A stretch of 64,000 nucleotides of DNA, taken from Azolla caroliniana (Eukaryota; Plantae; Polypodiophyta). Under the pieces are notes generated by a model that was not told the origin of the DNA, made no database searches, and saw only the letters and a list, made by a program, of their open reading frames with translations. A program made the position numbers and the translations under genes. The stretch is from the NCBI GenBank assembly GCA_043228905.1, contig JBHGNT010000008.1:11842001-11906000 (forward strand). The letters are read 5' to 3'. Each line of letters opens with the position of its first letter. Position 1 is the first letter of the stretch. Shown here one piece after another: positions 34,905 to 47,660 of this stretch.

Positions 34905-37900
34905 CTATGGAGGGAACAACCATCGTGGGGGTACATGTTGCCACTCCATTTTGTCATTTCTCTCCACAAAAACTAGCAAATCCTTCCATTTGCCTTTAAA
35001 GGATTGTTGTTTCAGAAAAATCATATCTTCATTACCCGTGAAGGAGTCATATTGACCTTTTAGAGTTGAGATAAACATCAACCAGATTTCCTTCACATAA
35101 TGAACATGATTTTGCTTTATTTGCTGAAACACATTTTGGCATCGACCTATCCAAATATTCCATAGAACCACCGACGATATGGTAGCCCATACTGTGGCAT
35201 CCACATTCAACCGATTTGGGCTTGAATATGGTATGTCCTTAACTTGCCTTCCCCTAGTTTGAAGGGTAAACAATATCTTTTCCCTTTCATAATTATGTTT
35301 ATCCACATTTACGTCCATCCAAAAGACATTTACCCATGTAATCACATTAGGTCCATATGCAACATCAATGAGACGCAACATACATTTCCAAACAGAGCAT
35401 GCATCCATACAGTTCCATAAGGCATGTTGCATTGATTCCAAGTGAAGCCCACAAAAAGAGCAAGTTTTGGTTCCCTCTTCCCTATGCATCCATTCCAAGA
35501 CTCGAAGTGCATAGTGTACACACAACCATCTAAATGTAATGATTTTGCGAGGAATCTGTAAAGCCCACAACCATTTCCAAAATGCCAATACAAAATGCAT
35601 AGGCAAACTATTATTTAACCATACCTTAGCTGCAGCTGGCATACCTAGAGTCCTCCTTCGTTGGAATTCCCTACCTAATTTTACCGAGTAGTGAAAGAAA
35701 GAAACCATCTTACCATTAGCATCTCTCCACCACCATTCCGCTAGATTTCACTCTAACTCCAATAAGGGTTTATTATCACAAACCCAAATATCCCATACTG
35801 GGTTTACTTTTTCAGGATGGGGATCAATAATACATACCTTCCCTAGTTTTGTAACCACCCTAATAGGTTTCCACTCCTCTAAATTGAGAAGGTCATCTTC
35901 CATAGAGACCCATTGCAATTTTCCATATGAAACTATTATAAATGCCCAAAAGGATTCGTTAGATGTATAAGCTCTTACTCCAATCAAAACATTAAAAGAA
36001 GAGGATGCCCCGTACCATACATGGTTTGAATTAAAAGAAGAGGGTAAAATCCTATTACAAGCATAACTTATCTCTTGGAACATTAAAGTACCACCTCTTA
36101 TTGATTTCAAAACTTGTTCCTTAACATCCCTAGAGGATTGGTTAAAGTTTAATCAAGTACCAACATTAGCCGCAAATGCCTCATCAATTGCTGCCCAATT
36201 TAATATTGTCCTTCTTCCTAACATATTACCATAATCATCCTTAATCAAGGGGTTCCAACAAATTGGTTGCCTTTTCCACTTGTCCTCCCATATAGGTTGT
36301 TTATGCACAAGATTAGGCAACAAACATTTCCAAGCTCTTAATAAAGACTTAAAAAATTTATTTGAAGCAAAAATAGAAGTCAAAGGCATATCCTCGTGCA
36401 CAAACCACCACCTCACATTTCACTTCCAATGTCCACCTCTACATGGAACCAATTCCTTCATACGTTCATGAAGTAACAATTTCCATGGTTCATTCCCTGC
36501 ATCATACTTCTCACAATAAATTTCCCAAGTAAGGCTCTACATTGAAACATTGGGTCTATCAACCCTAATCCTCCCTCATGAGGAGAATATAGTATTACCT
36601 TCCATGCAACTTTAGATCATGTATTTGCATCAAATGCACCCCATAAGAAATTGCAGACAAGCCTTTGTATCTGAGAGAGAACAAATCTTGAAAACAACCA
36701 AGATGAGAGGATATACCACATCAAAGACAGAAGCACTTGATTAGTAATTACAATTCTTCCAGCCAACGATAGATGTCTCGAAGACCAGAACAACAATTTC
36801 CTCTTCAATGACATCAACAAGGGGGCAATAAGTTGATCATGAGTAATATCAACACCAATTTGACAACCAAGATATCATATATGACCTCCCATGTTGAAGC
36901 CATTGAAAATCCGGATGGGGCAACCAATGTGAAACTCCATTATTCTTTATTCTTATTCCAATGGATTTATTCCAATTTATTATAGCACCTGATAGCTCAC
37001 AAAATTCTTGCACCACACATTGAACATTACGCAAATTTTGTTCCTCCCCATCCACATATAAAGTTGTATCATCAGCAAATTCAGTATCTAGCACTTGTTT
37101 GTTATTGACTCCCCATTGCAACCCTTTAATCCTTAAGGCATGATTATTAAAATACACATGAAATGCCTCAGCTATTAATAAGTATAGGAAAGGGGCCAAT
37201 GGGCAACCTTGCCTAACCGATCTTGAAATAGAGAAGGGAGCATCAACTTCTCCCGCCACATATACAGAACTAGACGCATTCTTATACAAAAGCTCTTACC
37301 GCAACTACCCAAGCCATTGGAAATCCTAGTTGTAACATAACTTCCTCGAGGAAAGACCAATCAACTCTATCGTATGCCTTTTCAAAATCCAACAATAGCA
37401 CCACTAGGTCAACATCCTTCTCTTTTGCCAAAGTTGTAAGCTCCCAGAACATGAAAATATTATCAGAAATAGAACGCTCTTGCATAAAACCCGTTTGTGA
37501 TTTATGAATAATATCATTTAATAAAGGTTGCATACATAAAGTAAGGACTTTAGCGTAGATCTTGTAGATAGTATTTAAAATAGTTATCGGCCGCCACTTC
37601 TTAATGTCAACTACTACCCCCTCCAATTTAGGAATAAAAAAAATTAACCCTGCATTCCATTGATAAGGCATATCACCCAAAGTAAAAACCTCTTGTAACG
37701 CTTCTGTTACACTGATTCCAATGTGATCCCAATAGCAAAGAAAAAAGTCAGGAGGAAAACCATCGATGCCAGGACATACATTCTTACCTAAGGTTGTAAT
37801 TGCAACATACACCTCATGGACATTAAAAGGTTTTACTAATTCATTAGCCATAGGAAGATTAACTTTTTTCTTCATAACACACCATAATGTAGATCTTAAG

Positions 37901-38280
37901 GCCAATTGCTCATGCGTAAATGACTGCATAGTTAGCAAGGATTTATAAAAGTCGGAGGCAATTCTCCTCATTTCAACATCATCTGATGTTAATGATCCAT
38001 CCTCCCTCTCTAATTGCCTCATTACATTCTTAGTACGACCAATTTTATTTACACGAAAAAAATCAGCATTAACCTTATCTGCAAGATGAGACCATTTCGT
38101 TGAGGATGCACGAAATTTGTGTTGAGCTATAACATCCTCAAATTGTTGCATCTCAACACGTGTTTGATGCAATTGAGCTCCAACCCACAAAGCCCGTGGG
38201 TTGTTCTCCTGAAGTTTTTGAAGAGCAACAATTGTCCTCCTAGAAGCTAACAACTTTTGTTTGGCTTCTTTATCAAACCA
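34905..38280 (-). mobile_element. L1-clade LINE ORF2 pseudogene, 5'-truncated
   Basis: PGIDG, WRPITILNTIYKI, LDFEKAYDRVDW, VRQGCPLAP, FADD, and zf-RVT CSFC...ESMQHALWNC. Frameshifts and stops throughout. Confidence 0.92.
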
Positions 38281-38866
38281 TGTTTATTTAGACTACATTT
38301 CTTGATGCGTTTCCAAGATGTATGCTCAAAAGAGGAGAGAGATTAAATCAATGCCCATCGATCATGTCGCACATTTACATTAATGCCCAATAGTTATCTG
38401 GCTTAATTATAAGCTATGATTTAGTGAGATGGGGGGGGGGGGGTGGGGCACTAGAGTTGAAGTAAAAGAGGGAAAAATGTCTACCAACATTATGTGTGTG
38501 TACAACGAGACTCACTATGTATGTATCTATGGAAGTGGAAGTGGAAGTGGAAGTGGACAAATACGAGGTATACTTTTGTAATATCGAAGAAATACAAGCG
38601 GTCGGCGCACATACAACACACACACACGCACACACACAATTGTATATATGTACATATATGATATATGTATGTACATATATGTATAAACATGGCTTACGTA
38701 TGTATGTAAGATTATGTAGCTAAGTACATATTTTGAGTCGAAGATTTAATTAAAATGATGTATTTATTGTGTAAGGTAACATCTTGTAATGATGTCTTTT
38801 GAGTCCAGGATTTAATCTGAGGGCGAGTTGCGTCTGATCTGATCTGTCTCTGTCTCTGTCTCTCTC

Positions 38867-40154
38867 ATGGGTCGTTCCCAAGTGCAACCCTTTCGGTTCC
38901 TACACAACGAGGTTTGTTGCATCTATATCTGTTTTTATTCACTATTGATCGTCAAAGCTATCAGTCTTTTCTTGTAAATTTATTGCTCTCAAACAATAGG
39001 CAATACTTTTACCCGTTACTTCTTCGAAATTATGTAAAGAAGAGAAAAATCTCAATCAAAATATCAACCTAGATAAAACACAGGGGTGCAAGCGAATCAA
39101 TATGAAAATTTAGCCCCCCATTTTGGGTAACTGTATCACATAGAAAATGCAATGGAGGCATTTCCAAGCAGGGATTTTCTCATATTTTCAAGTTCCTTTT
39201 TAACCTGTAGTGTATTTGTGTAGTTAACATGAACTGGTTTTTCTTTATCTTTGGATTGTTTGACCATTTCATTTATAGAAATAGCTTGGTGCAATCTAGA
39301 GGTATTTTGGATATTCTCCAGGTGCACAGTCAGCACATTCAAATAACGTAGTAAGAACCACGGGATATCAGATGTTGGTGCTTTTATATTCACAAAAGGT
39401 TTTTAGTTTTTGAGTGGGGGTTGAAGGAAAAATGCAGTTTTTGAGTAGGCCAAGATGAACAAAAAGACATGATTTCTAGTGGGGAAGTGCATTGAGATAT
39501 CAGATGATGGTTTTGATTTCTATTCAAGAAATGTTTTGATATTTGAGGTAGGGATGAAGGGTTAAGAAACCCTGTATGTTTTCAACAAATCAAACTATAT
39601 GCTAGCATTAATTGTAAGGGATTGCAAACACATTGATGCTCCAGGGCTTTGTCCTTTGGTTTCTTGATTAGCATTAAGTAATTTCACATGGTATCCATAC
39701 TGTTGAGGAAATCCAAATGTTTTTTTGGTACTTCATGTGGAAAATTGTTTTTAATACATCATTGCTATGCATCTGCATTCTGGATACGTACATAGTATGA
39801 TAATGAATACATCTCTTAGAAGTTACGTCCAGAAACTGATATGTATGAGAACCAAACAATAGCAAGACCAGTAGCAATGTCAGTTTTAATTTTCATAACA
39901 TCAGTTATATACATACACATTAACACATTATTATTCTTGAGAAATCTCAATGCGTCTAGAAACCAGTAAAATAGGATTACAATGAATAGAGTAGTAGGTT
40001 GCTACGCCTGTCTTTAAAGTAGAAACATTCAAAGAAGATGTCAGAGATATGTTCCTCTTATCTACTTTTTGTGGAATTAGAGATTGTCTTAGTGAAAATC
40101 TAGAAGTCTGATATGTGTATTACACACATCTGTAGACATGTATATATACACCCA

Positions 40155-40203
<49 letters not shown>

Positions 40204-43200
40204 TTATCTATTTATGCATATAAGCATATATATTCTCATGTATATGTAAAAACATACACATATGTATGTATGTATGTATGTTTGTTTGTTACATATTTGT
40301 GTGTGGCATTACTTCAGGATCTTGAGTTCTATTTTTATTCCCAGGTTGCTGAAATGGAGAAATTATGGGAGGAAACTAAAGGAAATCCTCCAAGAAGTGC
40401 TGTGCGGGAACTAGAAATCAAGTTTGGGTAAACCTTTCAAACTGTAAAAAATCTTTTGTGCATTAGAAACTGTAACGAGTACAAGTTCAGAGGTATATCT
40501 GAATATTTTTCTTGTTGCTTCTTACCAAATAAAAGTTATTTCCTCTCGCAATTGCAGCAAAGATCCTGAATTTGGAGGAAGGAATATACAAGTCAAGCAG
40601 GTTTGGTGAGCTTCCTATTTAGATTCTAGAAATTTATGGTCTTTAGTACTTTGGAAGAATAACTGCTGATGATTAATATATGCTGGCCACAATCAATAAG
40701 GGGTTTGATTAATTGAGCTATATCATTAAATTGTTCCATCTATTAAGGTTATTTGGCTTTTACAGCTGATGTATAGATGTTGACGTCCAAGCTTGTGTGC
40801 TTTACAAAATCTGGACAATACATGTATCAGATGTCAAAATACTCTTGTTTGCTATCAAATTTAAAGTGTTGGTCATTAATTTACATATTAAAGACCAAAC
40901 CCGCTTCTTTTTTATGATATATTAAAGAACTTTCTCATAATCATAGGGTTTGTCAAGATAGGGTTTACACACATCAGTAATTCTGAGGCCCATGCCCGAA
41001 TAGAAACGCAATTGATATATATAGAAATAGACCCTAAAACCATATATACATCCTTCTTTCTATATAGCAATTATTGGTTCAGATAAGACAAGTGTCGCCC
41101 AATATTTCCCAATGCCCCGATCAGTGAACAAATCTTGCATTTTAAATTTCTCCCTTGATTATGGGCGATCCATGTCTCGTGTAATCACTTTAGTGACTTT
41201 AGTAGTATCTATATTGAGTGCTTTTTGATGTTCATGTGATATTAAAGTGCAAAATACAGAGGCGAGAGTTACCAAATTGAGCCTTTACGAATGCAGACAA
41301 TTGTTAAGGCCTAAGTTGGTCCAACTCAAGGTAAAGCATGTAAATATTGTCAAGCTTTAATGATTTATCCTAGATGTAAAAATAAAGGAGTCTGGGTGTG
41401 CATACCTGTATCACTTTTCTATTGCCATATTCTGCCCTTCTTGGTTAAGTTCTTTGCCAGAAGTTTGACTTATTTCTGTTAGGATAGGAGAATTGAAGTT
41501 TTATTGCTAAAAGTGACCCAGCAATTATTTGCTGTTTTTCAGTTGTTTAAAGATCATCTGAATCTATTGCTTGTCACTTTAATCCTGGTTCAGTGTTTGG
41601 GTCCATGTTTTTTGGATTTTTATCACCATAAATTTTGGAGGTGATGCCTATAGTGGCCTATTCATATTTCTCTTGTCTAGTCATATTCAGTTGCAGTGGT
41701 TGCATCTCCTTGTATATGTTTCCTGCTTCTCTCTCCTTCTATATGACCATCCATTAAGGCTTGATTATTTCCTCCAGAGTATAATTAAGAAAAAAAATAC
41801 TCAGTCCTATTACTCTGTTGTCATTTTGAAAAGTTAATGGTAAATTTTATAGTTATAATTGGCAATTTTCCCTGAAATAAATGATGACTCATTAATGTCT
41901 ATTTCATCTGGTTTAAGGTGCAAAATTGGTTTTGCAATAAGCGACATTATAACAAACGGAGAGCACTCAAGGCTTCTGGAAAACTCTCAGTTGAGGAGCC
42001 TAGCATAAACAGAACAGAGTCGGTATCAGTATCTTCAACTGTATCAGGTGTATATTCAGCAATGAAACAATTTGGTAGGTTTTCTGCAAGCTTCATGATC
42101 AAACTGAAAATGTTATTCTTATTTGTAGATCAGAAAGGCCCAAACAAAGTTGAGTTTGAAGCAAAGTCAGCTCGAGATAGTGCATGGTACACGATATCAT
42201 TTCACTTCTTCCTCTACATTGAAGTGTTGTTTTCATAAGCAAAACCATCTTGTTCTGGTGTAGGTACGATGTAAGATCATTCCTTGCTCATAGAATGCTT
42301 GATTCTGGTGATCCGGTGAGAGCACTAAACTCATATTAGTTTAGTAGAGTTAGTACTTCTTATTTGAACAATTTATGCGCCCCAATTGTCATTGCCTTAG
42401 TATACAAGTTTGAAATCTCATGGTTTCAGAACTTAATTATTATTAATTCCATCAAATGGTTGGAAAAGCCATATAAAGAGGTTCAGTTTGATTATCTTTG
42501 TCATAGATGATCTATATACTGCCATTGTTGAAACTATATTTCATTCGGACATATTTACCAATGATTTAGAGGTAAGATCAATGTAGGCGTTTTTTGAAGT
42601 TTTTCATTGTTCTCGCAGGAGGTCAGGGTGCGATTTGTAGGTTTTGGTGCTGATGAAGATGAGTGGGTGAATGTAAGAAGAGGGGTTCGTCCAAGATCTC
42701 TTCCATGTGAAGCATCTGAGTGTGTGCGTGTAATTCCGGGTGACTTAATTCTGTGCTTTAAGGTCTCTCTTCAAGCTTTTTAGAACTGATCATTTTATCA
42801 AGGGAAAACACCAAAAGGCCCCTCAAATTTCAAGAAACTTTAATTCAGAGGATATTCTGACAAAAAAAGTCAGCAAATTAGGGGTATTTTGGTGTTTTTT
42901 CCTTTAAAATATATTGTAAATGACTGCATAATTTGTAAAGAAGGAATTTTAGAATTAGTTCGAATTCACCAAGGCTTAAGGTGAAAGGTTCTATCTATGG
43001 TACATCTGATACATGATTTTCTCTGTATCTTCTCCTATGTTCAAGTATTAGGAGGCTTTCTTGCATCATTCTTTTGGTTTATGCTTATCATATTTTCTTC
43101 AACTTTGGGAGAAACCACAGTGCTTACATGTTTTCTTTTCTCTTGTAAAAGCAATAATACTGACCCGATCTTTATCATGTTATAATGACCTTATCAATAA

Positions 43201-44944
43201 CACAATATCTTTCAGAAATTTTCAACATTTAGGGAGAAATTTAGTTATGTTCAGGAAAAAATGTATAAAGAGCCTATAAGGGAAGAATATTTGTATTTAT
43301 ACTTTAGGGGTATCTCAGTGTCTTTCACTAAAACAGAGCTATATTATTCGACAAGAGAAAATGTGATAGACTAAAACAGCACAATATCTTATAGAAATTT
43401 TCAGCATATAAGGGAGAATCTTGGTTATTTTTAGGAGACAAATGGATGAGAGCCTAAAAGAGAAGAATATTTGTATCTATACTTTAGGGGTATTTCAGCG
43501 TGTTTCACTGAAACAAAGCTCTACTATTCAACAATATTAAATGCGATAAATCTGGATGCAACAGCAGATTAGAAGGGCCTTCTCATTAAGAACTATATTG
43601 AAACATGGGACGTTGCCTAGACACCAAAATTAGGCAATAATACTTGATATCTATTAGAATGCCCAGCTTAGCTAAGGTGACATTATTATTTGTATTGACT
43701 GTCACATTAAGAAAGTCATAAGGATAATGGAAGTCTAAGTGTTTCGTGCATGTATATAAGTTATTCTATGAAAACAACTGAAAATTCCCTTATGTTCGAC
43801 AAAATAGTGGTGCACATAGATCCTCCAGGATCTTCATCTGTTGATTCTCACATTAATAAAATTATGAGGATAATGGAAGTTAAAGGTTTTCCAGCATGTA
43901 TATAATTCATTTCTAGGAAGAAAAACTAGAGAATTCCCTTACGTTAACAACCATTTCTGAGGATGCCTTTTCATTGTTTCACAGTGAAATATAGAAGAAA
44001 GATCATTTATAGGAAAAGGGAATGGATACTAGAAATCTTAAACAAGAGTTATCTGAAAGAAACATGCGTAGAGTTCTAAGTGTAAGTAATATGGAGAATG
44101 CAGATTCTGATTACAAAGTTGTGGTTAAATATTTGCGAGGACATGGGAAGTTGTAATTTGTGATGAAATCACTGTAACTTCTATGGTCCATAATCCCAGA
44201 ATGTTTGATTATGTTATTTTTTTAGTAACGTCGAAATACCCCCAATTGCAATATAAGCTCCCAGAAATAACCAGAATATTCCCTATTTTACCACTACAGA
44301 GATATTTTGTGGCAACCTCTGAAATCCTAGGGGAATTCTGGTAAATATCCGAAATGTTTTGGGTACTTCGGTGTTTTGCCTTATTTTACGTGTATACAAT
44401 GGTATATTTGGGGAATTGCAAAATATCACTAATTTGTTGTATCTTTACCAGAATACTCCAAAGGTTCAAAATTATAAGAATAATCTGACAGTAGCTTAGT
44501 AATATGTATGTATTCTGGTGACTTTTAAAAATTTAGGGGTTTACTGGTAGACTCTGTAAGTAGTACTTAGTGTGTTTGCTCCTAACGTGTAATGGCATCT
44601 AACAGGAAGGGACTGAGCAAGCACTTTACTATGATGCACATGTTATTGAGGTAGAGAGAAGGAGACATGACATTCGAGGTTGCAGATGCAGATTTCTAGT
44701 GAGATATGACCATGATGGATCATCGGTCAGTCATTCATTTGTTTTTGGTATTTTTTCCTTTTCATTTCTTGGTGGCACCGAAAAATGAACTGCAAGTTAA
44801 AATTCCAATCATTATTGAAAACAGGATGTTGTGCCTTTAAGGAAGGTTTGTAGAAGACCTGAGACTGAGTATCGTGCTCTGCCAAGTCAGTCTGTTGGAA
44901 ATATATCCACTACAGAAAGGCAGGTTGTAAATGCAGTACCCTGA
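38867..44944 (+). CDS. SHH: SAWADEE HOMEODOMAIN HOMOLOG (SHH1/SHH2 family), 9 exons, 264 aa. Exons: 38867-38911, 40345-40427, 40558-40600, 41918-42047, 42129-42186, 42264-42315, 42619-42762, 44606-44725, 44825-44944
   Basis: All introns are GT-AG and the frame is continuous (795 nt). Homeodomain-like [13 protein letters not shown]...[10 protein letters not shown]; [22 protein letters not shown]...[16 protein letters not shown]...[10 protein letters not shown]...YYDAHV...[18 protein letters not shown]...LRKVCRRP. Confidence 0.93.
42821..42903. mobile_element. Small MITE-like inverted repeat in SHH intron 7
   Basis: AGGGAAAACACCAAAA..CCCCT pairs with AGGGGTATTTTGGTGTTTTTTCCT. No clear TSD. Confidence 0.5.
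43200..43545. repeat. ~180-bp tandem duplication in SHH intron 7
   Basis: CACAATATCTT..AGAAATTTTCA...GAAGAATATTTGTAT.TATACTTTAGGGGTAT occurs twice. Confidence 0.8.
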
Positions 44945-45199
44945 ATTCCTTTCAGATTCTTATTTACAGAAACTATAGTCAGTATTTCTGATGAGCTACA
45001 TCTTTGCAAGAAATGGATGCTCGATTTTGTGAGATGTTTTGTTTGATTGAATGCACCATTTTGCTGAAATCGACACTCAAGTTAAAATGTTTGTAGTTAT
45101 GTTATGTTTATTGAAGAATATATATATATATCATTCAAGTCATGTATACGTTATTCTCTTCTAGATGTTATGGAATCAACGAGTTGTCTACAGTTGTTT

Positions 45200-45348
45200 A
45201 TCGAGGAGATAATGCATTTCTTCTACATTTCTATGGAGTATGGTAGACAAATCTCTTGTAATCATTGACTTGCAAATCGAGGAGATGCTTTTCTTCTACA
45301 TTTTTATGGAGAATGGTAGACAAATCTCTTGTAATCATTGACTTGCAA
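45200..45348. repeat. ~75-bp tandem duplication downstream of SHH
   Basis: ATCGAGGAGAT...TGGTAGACAAATCTCTTGTAATCATTGACTTGCAAA occurs twice. Confidence 0.85.
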
Positions 45349-46519
45349 ACTGACAGGCAAACTGTATACTTCCCTGGCTTGGATAGCCGCCCTTACCAAA
45401 AACAACAAAAGTGTTTATTTGGATTTGGGGTACCTTTTTGGGGTGCATTCCACTGTGGAATTGGCTGAAGGATTTTCGTGGGAATTGTTAATTCTAGCAT
45501 AACCTCTCTAACAATTAATTTCTCACAATATCTTTTTTGTTTTTTGAACATGATCGTTGGTTTTTGTATTTACATCCCTTGAACATATCATGATGCAGTG
45601 AAGTTTAAGCATTAATTTGGTAGCTTATGGGTATACACTATGTAAATGTGTAAAACTGAAACTTGATCATTTCATTGAATAGGGCATGCAGGACAAACCA
45701 AAAGGTCATGTGAAACCTCAGTAGTGTTATCTCTTAAATTAGTACAATTCTTTAGCTAGTGCATAAAATAAAACCCCAGTGTTCATAAAAAAAGACGTGA
45801 ACCCTAGTGCATGGAATAAAAAAGATGTGGACCTTATTTACAGGTTGATTGTTTATACATTAATGTCATGTGATTATGTTGGATATTGTGTTGCAAGATT
45901 TTGCAAGCAGGATGTGAAAATGTGAGCAAGACCACGGGATTTCTAAATTGGAAAGTAAGGATTTCGATTTCACAGTTTTAATTTGATAGGATGAAGAGCA
46001 TGTGCATTATTGGCATATGAATGTGCTCCTAACTTCAGGGTATGCACAAGTGCGCTTTGTGTCTTGTTTGTGGATGTGTATTTGTGTGGGTGTGAACATG
46101 TTTGCATGGGGGAATTTGTATGTGTTTATGGGTGTAAATGTTTTGATATACACAACATACATACATAATATCTCTCTATCTCTATATATATGACATACAT
46201 ATATGTGTATTTGTGATGTATATGTGTAGTCATAGATTGACATATTCCCATTCGTAGACTGTCCCCCATGAATGAATATGAATACGAATATGAATACATT
46301 TAAAAGTAGTCGTCTTTTTTTTGGGAAAAGAAAAGTTTTTTTTAAAAACTTGCCTAGTGAATATCACGTATGTGTTTGTGTAAATATGTGTGTGCATAAA
46401 AGTGTGTATGTGTTCTGATGTATATATGTAGGTATGTATTCCTATATGTATGCACATTTGCCAAATTATTGGCTTGCATGTGTATTTGTATTTGTGAATG
46501 TTGTATATGTAGAAATTTT

Positions 46520-47660
46520 TTTCCAAAAAAAAAAAGAAAGAAAGAAAAAAACCACTACTTCGCATTAGTTAGCAAATAGAATACAACCAAGTTTATCCAA
46601 ATCCACAATGGGATCAACATATACAACTTGGAGAAACAACTCCAAAACTATCAACCAAAAACAGCAAAAAAAAACTCAACCGATCCTTAACTCAAGCAAA
46701 ATTGAATTAAACCCTATTTTACCCCGACTCTACAACTCCCTGACGCACATTTGTGTCAGCTATACATACATAATTACAACCCATGTACAATATTGGGAGC
46801 CATTGGTGGAAACAACCACCTAGGTGCTTGGTAATTCCACTTAGGCCTCGATGAAGATTTGACTAGCATGGGAGAGCTACTCCATTTCAGCAAGAACTTT
46901 GACCTTGCCCTTTCTGCTTCTTCCGAATCCCCTTGAATCGAATCATACCGACCGTGCAACCAAGCCACAAGATCAAACCAGATATTTAACATCATTTCCC
47001 CGCATGAGATCTTTTGCTGCTGAAAAACAACCTTACAACGCCTGATCCAGATGTGCCAGGCCGTCAAACAGGCCACCATAAGCCAAATCTCCTCAAAAAT
47101 TTCAGAATTTGTGCCTGGTCTCACCCCATCACATTGGAACACGCTACCGCCCTGCAGTATAAATCCATGTCCTTGTGGGTTTAACCGTTCACCCCAGCTT
47201 TCCCCTTTTAAGGACAACCCTTGTATTGAGCCCCACACAACGTTCCCTTTCACACCACAGGCTGCCACGATTCGAAGGCTTCTACTCCAAATGCTAATCG
47301 CCTCTGTACAATTCCAAAAACAGTGAGATTGATTCCAAAGCTTGTCCACATAACTTATAGCTAGCCTCACCACCACGGGAGCTCAACCACTCGCCTATAA
47401 GTACCGCCTTGTGGCTAAGAAGCCACCACCAAGCCTTAATTTTTTCTGGCATATCCAATGCCCATAGTCTCCTCCAAAACGACTTCAAATCGTCGTCTGA
47501 AATGCCTTTTTCCTTCCAGCTGATGCGAATCATTCCAACATCCACGGTTTTGGAGCCAACGATTCGTCTTCCTAGCTTGGTATTGTATTCAAAAAACTTT
47601 TTCAAGTTTTTTGTTCCTGGTGTCTGCCACCAAACCTCCAATGGGTCCCACTCCAAATCA
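46520..47660 (-). mobile_element. 5'-truncated L1 LINE 3' end, related to 34905-38280
   Basis: FWRRLWALDMPEKIKAWWW...WHIWIRRC...APRWLFPP parallels FWKWLWALQIPRKI...WNIWIGRC...PPRWLFPP. Confidence 0.8.

Noticed and set aside
38414-38723. ORFs here and at 10534-11014, 40138-40340 and 46002-46565
   Set aside because: Produced by microsatellite or low-complexity sequence.
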